A DNA stretch of 43,268 nt, taken from the NCBI GenBank assembly GCA_013288905.1, contig JABDAW010000005.1, positions 1 to 43,268 on the forward strand, read 5' to 3'. This document shows positions 28,191 to 36,265 of this stretch, one piece after another. The position numbers were made by a program, and so were the translations under genes. This DNA is from Bacteroidota bacterium (GTDB lineage Bacteria; Bacteroidota; Bacteroidia; AKYH767-A; JABDAW01). The notes below the pieces were generated by a model. That model saw nothing but the letters and a program-made list of their open reading frames with translations. It was not told the DNA's origin and searched no databases. Numbering within the stretch: position 1 is the stretch's first letter; each line of letters starts with the position of its first letter.

Positions 28191-29045
28191 TTAAACAATA
28201 GGAGCTACACGAACTCTGATTGCAGGATGAAAACCTTCGGGTCCATGAGCATCGCATAACTGATAACGCACCCAGACATAATTGCCCGGAATCAAGCCTG
28301 TCAAAGTAGCATGGTTATAAATAGTAGGGTCCATTCTTATCCAATTAATATTATCAACACTATACCAGTTATCGTAGCAACAAGTTCCTACGCCGGTGAT
28401 GAAAGTCATATCAACTTCGCCCGGCAGTTTTCCAGATGCAGCATCCCAGGTAGAAGCATGATTTCCGCCTACACCTTTTACGTGAAACCCGCCTGACTGT
28501 ATGATCACAATGCTATTTGCCTTGTTTGCCGGGAGGTCGGCAAAGGCTTGGAATTTCGCCATAAAAACTTCGAGAGCCGCCACCGCAAGATCAAGAGTTA
28601 CCTTACGTGCTGCACCATGCGCTTTGTTATAATTTTCTATCAAATCGCTGGCAGCATCGAGGTCAATAACCAAGAGAGAAACATACTCGTTTCCGGTGCA
28701 TTTCGTAACGATTCCATTCATCAAAACCACCGCTTTGCCGTGATTGTGAGGAATGACCAGATAGGCTTCCACGCTGGCATTAGGATTCGGGAGGATTGAC
28801 AAGATAACGGGCATTCCACGCTCGATTTTCAGTCCCTTTCCACGACCGAAATCGAGGATGATAGTAACCATTTCGAAGCCGGGGGTACGTCTCAATTTAG
28901 CAGCAGCCTTTCTGCCCTGCCAAGTGTTCGGGAATCTAAATTTCGGCTGTTTTACTTTCACAACAGCTCCTTTTTTGGCAACCACTTCTGTCCACTCAAG
29001 GAGGAAGCTCAATACAACGATTACAAGGGTTACAATTTTTTTCAT
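28191..29045 (-). CDS. Uncharacterised protein: helical domain plus C-terminal fibronectin-type-III-like domain
   Basis: C-terminal Y..WYS.D..NW..TLTGLIPG.YVWVRY..GPEGF Fn3 pattern; homologous to the 34197-34726 relic. Confidence 0.8.
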   Translation of the reverse strand: MKKIVTLVIVVLSFLLEWTEVVAKKGAVVKVKQPKFRFPNTWQGRKAAAKLRRTPGFEMVTIILDFGRGKGLKIERGMPVILSILPNPNASVEAYLVIPHNHGKAVVLMNGIVTKCTGNEYVSLLVIDLDAASDLIENYNKAHGAARKVTLDLAVAALEVFMAKFQAFADLPANKANSIVIIQSGGFHVKGVGGNHASTWDAASGKLPGEVDMTFITGVGTCCYDNWYSVDNINWIRMDPTIYNHATLTGLIPGNYVWVRYQLCDAHGPEGFHPAIRVRVAPIV

Positions 29046-29217
29046 TTTTTTTTAAATTTTAAATTATTAATATTATTTCTCGGGATTTATAAACTCGGAT
29101 TGCATTCAGTAGGAGTCCCATTCGCACTTACCAGTTTACCAAACCGCAGGAGGAAGTATCAAATAATTTGATGGGACAAAATTAGAAAACTAATTGGAAT
29201 AAAAGAATCGAAAGATT

Positions 29218-29272
29218 TTTCATCATCTTGAGATACCGTCCTCTTCGGAGGCGGTGTATCAAGATGATGAAA
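29218..29272. repeat. TTTCATC...GATGAAA hairpin element
   Basis: TTTCATCATCTTGA..TACCG(T)CCTC-TTCG-GAGGCGGTG..TCAAGATGATGAAA. Confidence 0.75.
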
Positions 29273-29274
29273 CC

Positions 29275-29338
29275 AATTAGGAATTACGAATTAGGAATTA
29301 GGAACATACCACGCACCCTAATTCCTAATTCCTAATTT
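29275..29338. repeat. Inverted heptamer repeats (AATTAGG)n...(CCTAATT)n
   Basis: AATTAGGAATTACGAATTAGGAATTAGG ... CCTAATTCCTAATTCCTAATT. Confidence 0.75.
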
Positions 29339-29425
29339 TTAATTGATTTTATGGAATCCTTTTCCCTTTTGCATCTTACTGTCAAAACGTAGATAATCCA
29401 AACAGTAATTTAATAATTTAAGAAA

Positions 29426-32400
29426 ATGAAAAAGAAAAATGTAATCCGTAATGTGTTCAGTATTGCCTTCGTAATGGCAATGGTATTTGGCGTAATGAGC
29501 CTCATCAAAGCTGGTGGTTATTTCCAGCAGGAAGTGGAGAATGACTTCATCAAGAAAGCGAGAAGTAAATTTGATTCCGCCCTCCTCAAACATCCCGAAG
29601 ACCGCGTGTACATGCAGTTTGACAAGCCTTTCTACAAACCCGGCGAGACCATCTGGTTTGCTGCCTACGTCAGAAATGGAAAAGATTTTACGCCCTCCGA
29701 AAAGAGCGACATTCTTCATGTCCAATTGATAGGTCCGAAAGGAAATGTCGAGAAAGAAATCAAGTTGATTGGCAAGAATGGAAAGACCATCGGCGACTTC
29801 ACCATTGCAGCCGAATCTCCGGGCGGGCTGTACAAAGTCAAAGCCTTTACCAACTGGCAAAAGAATGAAACGGATACCGTTTTCTTTGAAAAAGAATTGA
29901 CTGTGCAGGATGTTGTCTTGCCAAATCTCAAGATGAAATTAGACTTCGAGCGCAAAGCCTTTGGTCCCGGCGATGAAGTCATTGCCAAGCTCGAATTAAA
30001 CACCAACGAAAACCAACCTCTGGCGAATTATAATTTCAAATATGTCGCTAATCTTGAAGGAAAGAAATTGCTTGAAAGCACTTCTGTCACAGGGAATGAC
30101 GGCATCATGTATATTCATTTCAAGCTCCCTGAAAACCTCAAGACCAATGATGGCTTGGTGAATGTTCTGATAGATTATCAAGGTCAGACGGAATCTGTTT
30201 CTCGTTCTATTCCAATCGTATTAAACAACATCAATTTCTCGATGTATCCTGAAGGCGGCGACCTCGTGAATGACTTGGAAAGTCGGGTGGCATTTCGTGC
30301 CTTGAATGAGTTTGGAAAGCCCGCCGATGTGGAAGGAGATGTCTTTGATTCGAATAATAAATTAATAACTCATTTCTCCAGCTATCACCAGGGAATGGGT
30401 GCTTTCAACATCAAGCCAGAAGGAGGCAAAAGATACTTTGTCAAGATCACAAAACCAGAGAATATCAGAGAGAAATTTGATCTCCCAGAACCGATGCCAA
30501 GAGGCTATGTTTTAAGCACCGACAATGTCAATCACAATGAATTGGTCTTGAATGTGAAGTCCACAGAGACCGAAGAATTAAACATCATTGCCCAGACCAG
30601 GGGGAAGATTTGTTATGCCACTTCCTTTGCTGCAAATGCCGGGAATAATAAACTCATTCTTCCTGCTAATCAATTCCCAATAGGTGTCTCTCAAATCACT
30701 TTATTCGATTCAAAAGGTATAGAAAGAGCAGAGCGTTTGGTCTTCTTGAATAAGAATAAACAACTCTCCATTGCTATAGAAACGGATAAAGAAAAATACC
30801 TTCCAAGAGAGAAAGTAAAGATGACTGTTACTGTAAGAGATGATCGTGGAATGCCAATGCCTGCAAGCCTTTCAATGGCAGTGGTCAATGACCAGTTACT
30901 TTCCTTTGCTGATGATAAGTCCGGGAATATTCTTTCTAAATTACTTCTGGAGAATGATATTAAAGGTAAAGTTGAAGAGCCTGCATTCTACTTCAATACC
31001 AAAGAACCAAAGGCTGATGTTGCATTAGATTACCTGCTGATGACGGCAGGTTGGAGACGTTTCACCTGGAAGAAGATTTTGGAAAATGATCTTCCAAATA
31101 TTGCCTATCAAGGCGAGCGCGCTATTCTATCAGGGACTATTATTGACCAGAATGCTTCGAAGCCTATTTCATCGGCAAAGATTAAAGTTAATGGGACCGA
31201 AAGAACTATTTCTGTTAATGAAAAAGGAGAATTCTTTCTTGATAAATTAGATCTTTCCAATCCTACAAATATTAATGTTGATGCCGAAGGATACATACCT
31301 CAAACCATTGCTGTGTATGATTATAAGGAGGGTATTAAATATTATTTAACAGATAAAAATCAAGTGGTTTATGAAAGGTCGGAAGTAGTTATTCAGGGGG
31401 CCAATATGGATAGACAGAATCTAATGGCTGCACCCAATAATGTATTTATGGATATGGGTGCTGTTGCTGTTAAGCCTCAAAAGATGCCGAAAGTAAATAA
31501 AGCTCCAGCACCAAAGGCTATGCCTGCTCCTGCTAATGTTGATATCGTTGCTAAAATGGATAAAGATATAATGGTTGCAGACCAAGCTGAATTAAATGCC
31601 TTCAGAGGAATGCAATGGCAAGCAAATGCTAAAGAGGAAGTTGAACAAGTAAATAATGGATTTGTTCCTGCTAATAACAATATGAAGATGATGGCTCGAA
31701 GGATAAAGCCTGTTAATCCTAATGCCTCAACACCGCCTGCAATTGGTTATTATCGTGCCAAGGAATTCCCTATGATTAACTATCCTATAGTTCAAGAAAA
31801 TGTAGTGCGTAACGACTTTCGTTCAACGATTTATTGGAATGGAAATGTAGCTATTGACAGAACAGGAACGGGTGTTGTGGAGTTTTATAATTCTGATGAC
31901 ATAAGTTCTTTCCGAGCAACTGTCGAAGGCATTTCTGCTGATGGAATGGTTGGTAGAACAGAGAAGACTTACTTCACTCAATTGCCTTTCGCAATGACTG
32001 TGAAAGCCCCGGTAGAAGTGGCAACTGAAGACAAAGTCTCTATTCCATTAACCCTTAAAAACAATACTAATTCCTCCATAACAGGAACATTGAATTTTAA
32101 GGCTCCAGCAGGCTTCAAAGAAATTATTCCAGTGGAAACTACCCAAACATTATCTGCGGGTCAGGTGAAGGTTATTTACCTGGATTATCATGTAATGAAT
32201 ACTATAGGTGATGGCGATTTGGATGTATCTTTCAACAGCTCTGGTTTGAATGATGCCTTCACTCAAAAGATGAAGATTGTAGCGAAGGGATTCCCTGTAA
32301 CTATCTCCTTCTCCGGTAAGGAAGCAACTAAGGAATATGAGATTAATATTCAGAATATTGTTGATGGTTCGCTCACAGCTCAACTGACTGCATTCCCTTC

Positions 32401-33880
32401 TGTGGTAAGCGATCTGACTAAGGGTGTGGAAGGCATCTTACGTGAACCCAATGGTTGTTTTGAGCAGACTTCCATGAGTTCTTATCCCAATGTCATGGTC
32501 ATGAATTATCTTAAAGAAACAGATAATAAGGATGAGAAGTTATTGGCATCTGCAAGTGGTTTTGTTGACAGGGGTTATAAGAGACTGACTACCTTCGAAA
32601 CCAAGGATAAAGGTTATGAATGGTTTGGTGGCGCACCTGCCCATGAAGCCCTTACAGCTTATGGTTTGATGCAATTCAATGACATGAAGGCTGTGGATAA
32701 TAATGTGGATCAAAAGATGATTGATCGCACTGCCGAATGGTTGATGAGCCGAAAGAATGGCAATGGCGGATTCCAGCGCAATCCAAGGGCTTTGGATAAC
32801 TTCGGTGGTGCTCCAGAAGACATTACCAATGCCTATATCGTCTATGCTTTGACCGAAGCGGGATACAATGATTTGGATAAAGAAATTGATCTTGTTCAGA
32901 AGAAAGCTGTAGATAATAAAGACCCATATCAACTGGCTTTATTGGCGAATACATTATACAAAAGAAAAGAAATCGCCAAGGCTGATAAAGTTCTTGCAGA
33001 GTTATTAACGAAGCAAAACGTTGATGGCAGTTGGACTGGTACTACTTCTTCCATCACTCGTTCGGGAGGGAAATCATTGACTATTGAAACCACTTCATTA
33101 GCCATCCTTGCTATCATAAGAAGTACCGGAAATAACATTCAGGCATTAAACAAAGCCGTTCAATATATTGTCGGAGAACGCAGTGGATACGGGGCTTTCG
33201 GCTCTACTCAAGGAACTATCCTTGCTCTTAAAGCCTTGACCGAATATGCCAGATTCTCCAAGCATACCAGCGAAGACGGCACCATAGAATTCTATGTTGA
33301 TGGAAGGAAAGTTGCCGAGAAATCATACAAGGCAGGGGATAAGGATGCCATCGTTATTGATGGTCTGGATAAATATATCAAGACGGGAAAGCATGACTTG
33401 AAAGTAAGGTATGTAGGAGTCAAGAACCCGCTCCCATACAGCATTGCGGTATCATACAACACTTTCCTTCCGAACAGTTCCAAGGATTGCAAGGTGAGTA
33501 TCGAGACGAAGTTATTCAGCAATAACATCAAGACCGGCGAGACTGTTCGATTGTCTGCAACCCTTACCAATACTACTAAAGAAGGACTTCCAAGCACAAT
33601 GGCTATTATTGGAATTCCGGCAGGACTATCTCCACAGCCTTGGCAATTAAAGGAGATGCAAGAGAAACATGTCTTCGATTATTATGAAATCAAGGGCAAT
33701 TCGGTCATCTGTTATTACAGACAGATGGCTCCTTCAGAAGTCAAGAATATCAACTTCGATTTGAAAGCAGATGTGCCTGGAAGCTATGATTCACCTGCAT
33801 CTTCGGCATATCTTTATTATACCAATGAATACAAGTGCTGGACTTCGACGGGGAATGTTATTATCAGGAAGATGATGTAA
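29426..33880 (+). CDS. Alpha-2-macroglobulin family thioester protein
   Basis: MG domains (DKPFYKPGETI, TDKEKYLPREKV), DFRSTIYW, thioester PNGCFEQT, FGSTQGT, Pro/Ala/Met-rich bait-like segment, N-terminal membrane/signal helix. Confidence 0.93.
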   Translation: MKKKNVIRNVFSIAFVMAMVFGVMSLIKAGGYFQQEVENDFIKKARSKFDSALLKHPEDRVYMQFDKPFYKPGETIWFAAYVRNGKDFTPSEKSDILHVQLIGPKGNVEKEIKLIGKNGKTIGDFTIAAESPGGLYKVKAFTNWQKNETDTVFFEKELTVQDVVLPNLKMKLDFERKAFGPGDEVIAKLELNTNENQPLANYNFKYVANLEGKKLLESTSVTGNDGIMYIHFKLPENLKTNDGLVNVLIDYQGQTESVSRSIPIVLNNINFSMYPEGGDLVNDLESRVAFRALNEFGKPADVEGDVFDSNNKLITHFSSYHQGMGAFNIKPEGGKRYFVKITKPENIREKFDLPEPMPRGYVLSTDNVNHNELVLNVKSTETEELNIIAQTRGKICYATSFAANAGNNKLILPANQFPIGVSQITLFDSKGIERAERLVFLNKNKQLSIAIETDKEKYLPREKVKMTVTVRDDRGMPMPASLSMAVVNDQLLSFADDKSGNILSKLLLENDIKGKVEEPAFYFNTKEPKADVALDYLLMTAGWRRFTWKKILENDLPNIAYQGERAILSGTIIDQNASKPISSAKIKVNGTERTISVNEKGEFFLDKLDLSNPTNINVDAEGYIPQTIAVYDYKEGIKYYLTDKNQVVYERSEVVIQGANMDRQNLMAAPNNVFMDMGAVAVKPQKMPKVNKAPAPKAMPAPANVDIVAKMDKDIMVADQAELNAFRGMQWQANAKEEVEQVNNGFVPANNNMKMMARRIKPVNPNASTPPAIGYYRAKEFPMINYPIVQENVVRNDFRSTIYWNGNVAIDRTGTGVVEFYNSDDISSFRATVEGISADGMVGRTEKTYFTQLPFAMTVKAPVEVATEDKVSIPLTLKNNTNSSITGTLNFKAPAGFKEIIPVETTQTLSAGQVKVIYLDYHVMNTIGDGDLDVSFNSSGLNDAFTQKMKIVAKGFPVTISFSGKEATKEYEINIQNIVDGSLTAQLTAFPSVVSDLTKGVEGILREPNGCFEQTSMSSYPNVMVMNYLKETDNKDEKLLASASGFVDRGYKRLTTFETKDKGYEWFGGAPAHEALTAYGLMQFNDMKAVDNNVDQKMIDRTAEWLMSRKNGNGGFQRNPRALDNFGGAPEDITNAYIVYALTEAGYNDLDKEIDLVQKKAVDNKDPYQLALLANTLYKRKEIAKADKVLAELLTKQNVDGSWTGTTSSITRSGGKSLTIETTSLAILAIIRSTGNNIQALNKAVQYIVGERSGYGAFGSTQGTILALKALTEYARFSKHTSEDGTIEFYVDGRKVAEKSYKAGDKDAIVIDGLDKYIKTGKHDLKVRYVGVKNPLPYSIAVSYNTFLPNSSKDCKVSIETKLFSNNIKTGETVRLSATLTNTTKEGLPSTMAIIGIPAGLSPQPWQLKEMQEKHVFDYYEIKGNSVICYYRQMAPSEVKNINFDLKADVPGSYDSPASSAYLYYTNEYKCWTSTGNVIIRKMM

Positions 33881-33896
33881 GAGGGAAGATGGTGAG

Positions 33897-33946
33897 AAGC
33901 CACGAATTTCACGAATTATAATTCTAATTCGTGAAATTCGTGGCTT
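33897..33946. repeat. 50-bp palindrome (REP-like or terminator)
   Basis: AAGCCACGAATTTCACGAATTA..TAATTCGTGAAATTCGTGGCTT. Confidence 0.85.
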
Positions 33947-34140
33947 AATTGTTGGTTAAAGCCCTGTGTTAAACAAATAACCAGTATGTCAAATTCCAAA
34001 TTCAGGTTCAATTCTTAAATCAAATAATCATTGTGAAATAGGACAACAATAGTTGCTCATACAGTAATAAATAGAAAAAAATCATATCCAGCTTTTGTGC
34101 CAAAAATATAAAAATCATCTACCATCTCATTTTTGATACA

Positions 34141-34170
34141 AAGCCCCCGAATGTTGCCATCCGGAGGCTT
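34141..34170 (-). terminator. Terminator-like hairpin downstream of the Fn3 relic
   Basis: AAGCCCCCGAATG..CATCCGGAGGCTT; same AAGCCCCCGA arm as 28135-28174. Confidence 0.65.
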
Positions 34171-34196
34171 AATTTCATCAAATCTTTTATAAAGAC

Positions 34197-34726
34197 CTAT
34201 TGACAGATGCAATATGCACTGTAAATCCATGCGCCGGGACCATTACTATCATTCATCCTGAATCGAAACCAATATTTGGTGAGCTGAGTCAAGCCACTGA
34301 CCAGGATTTTCGCCCTGTTAGTGGTGCCGCAGCCTATCCAGGCAATGTTATCTGTAGTAAGTTGATATTCATAAGCTTTTCTTGGTCCTTAAAGATTTCC
34401 CGATTACTTTAATCGTTCCGGTCAATTTTCCCCAGGTAGCTGCTAAAGGCGCTTTAGGCGTCCTTGTATGAACAATAACTTTAAAATTCGAACTTACGAT
34501 AATAGCTTCAGCAATTTCCACTGTTAATGCAGCGTTTGCAAGTCCCTGAACCCAGGCTAATAAGGCTATCAAATCCAATTCTACCTGGTTCATGGCACCA
34601 TCGCGAAGTTTAGTAGCTCCTTTTTCATCATTATTCGCTTTTGTTTGCAATTTTCCAAGGGCTATAAGGTCAGTATTTAATCCCGCAAGACCGCTCCATA
34701 CAGGTGTAAAGTAAAAAAAAGCACCT
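34197..34726 (-). pseudogene. 5'-truncated, frameshifted paralogue of the helical+Fn3 protein at 28191-29045
   Basis: Reads YFTPVWSGLAGLNTDLIALGKLQTKA...GKSLRTK, then after a frameshift near 34378 KAYEYQLTTDNIAWIGCGTTNRAKILVSGLTQLTKYWFRFRMNDSNGPGAWIYSAYCICQ*. There is no ATG before the upstream in-frame TAA. Confidence 0.8.
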
Positions 34727-34934
34727 TAATTACCTTCTGAATTCAACCTTCAAAAACCTCCCTTTTTCCGTGTCAAAAAACAGGCTGCTTTTTACTACCT
34801 TATTCAGCATGATAATTTGCTGCTTTTTGCTACTGTTTGCTCCCCTGAAAACGCCCTTAAAAGAGCATTAAAACTGGATGGTTTTACTATGATTTCTGCC
34901 GCTTTTCCAGTGAATTCCGTTCCTAATATGGTCA

Positions 34935-35333
34935 AAAAACAACCGTTTCGACTACAATCCGAACCGTCTGAACTATAAACCCTTCGTCGTAAGCTATAAA
35001 CCGAACCGCGTACGCCATAGCGCGCTCCGCGTTAGCTATAAACCGAACCGCGTGCATTATACGCCGAACCCGCTATACCATAAGCCGAACCCGCTATACC
35101 ATAAGCCGAACCGCGTGTACTATACACCGAACCCGCTACACCAGAAACCGAACCGTCTGCATCATCCGGCGAACCCGCTACACCATAAACCGAACCCGCT
35201 ACACCACAAAATGAACCCTCTGAACCCCAAACCGAACCCGCTCACCTACAAACCGAATGGTATTGCTTACAACCCGAACAGATTCAGCATGAAACCGAAC
35301 CGCCTCGACCTCAGGATGAACCGACTCGCTACT
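34935..35333. repeat. 21-bp-period array, 19 units, consensus AAACCGAACC(CG/GC)CTNCAC(C/T)AT
   Basis: Units in exact phase from 34935 to 35313, with a conserved CCGAACC half and a variable half. Confidence 0.92.
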
Positions 35334-35488
35334 CTCTTTTTATTTTAGCATATTATTTTTTGGAATAAATAGTAATAGAATGGATCAATACTACCTATAA
35401 TAGTGGTATAATTATATTCGCCATCAACAAAATCTTTCTATAATCACATAGTCGAACAATAGGTTAATTTGTGTTAATATACCTATGA

Positions 35489-35692
35489 TGGGTGTACGAC
35501 AAATTTCAAAATTATAGTATCTTATATTCATTGCCGTTGGCTTTAGCCAACGGTATAAAAGGGATTAAGTAATTGGCTTGAGCCAAATTGTTATTGGTGG
35601 TTTGGCTAAAGCCAAATTGTTATTAATCCATTATCCGTTGGCTAAAGCCAACGGCAATGAATGATGAATTTGGGAAATTTGTCGTACACCCT
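35489..35692. mobile_element. MITE-like element with 18-bp TIRs and nested REP doublet
   Basis: GGGTGTACGACAAATTTC (35490-35507) and GAAATTTGTCGTACACCC (35674-35691). Flanking direct repeat CTATGA at 35483 and 35693. Internal GCCGTTGGCTTTAGCCAACGG and its inverse. Confidence 0.85.
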
Positions 35693-35968
35693 CTATGATT
35701 TCAGGGATTTTAGTGGCAACAATCGGACAGGTTAATTTTAATCTGTGAATCTGTGGCTTCTTGTTTTGGTAATAACTTTTGGTGAAGGACAAGGAAAGTT
35801 TTTATCGGATTATTTGTTTCCTATCCTTATTCTACATATCTTTGCATCCCCAAATACATTCAAACCTACTTATTAATGACATCAGTTTTCCTAATTATTA
35901 TCCTTCTTCTCCCCCTGCTTTTAGCGAAAGCACTGCATGAAACGCCACGTCCCGCAGGTATTTCGACG

Positions 35969-36035
35969 CTGTTCACTATTCACTATTCACTATTCACTAT
36001 TCACTGTTCACTATTCACTATTCACTATTCACTGT
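35969..36035. repeat. Heptamer tandem repeat (TTCACTA/G) x about 9
   Basis: CTGTTCACTATTCACTATTCACTATT... Confidence 0.9.
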
Positions 36036-36265
36036 AAGTTCTTCACGACTTCAGGATATTTCATTTCTGCTCATCTCAAGATGGCTTTCCTCCCGCTGGC
36101 GAAAGTCGGATCATGGTCACGAATGAAGCCGACTTTAAATTAAACAAGTAGTGGATTCCGAACTACCATAGGTTTATTACATTCAACGTATTAGTGATAA
36201 TCGCAAGCAGGAAGAAAGGTTGGCGAGAGGGATAAAACAAGAATTCAAACAAAAATTTAATAATA

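Noticed and set aside
34369-34385. Programmed ribosomal frameshift in the Fn3 paralogue
   Set aside because: The gene also lacks its 5' end and the intact paralogue is in one frame, so decay or a sequencing error is more parsimonious.
35052-35348. 98-aa KPNPLHH repeat protein
   Set aside because: The GTG start lies in the middle of the array and no good start exists at its beginning. Not called as a CDS, though translation is not fully excluded.
35937-36143. 68-aa ORF (SLFTIHY repeats)
   Set aside because: It is a translation of the TTCACTA microsatellite.
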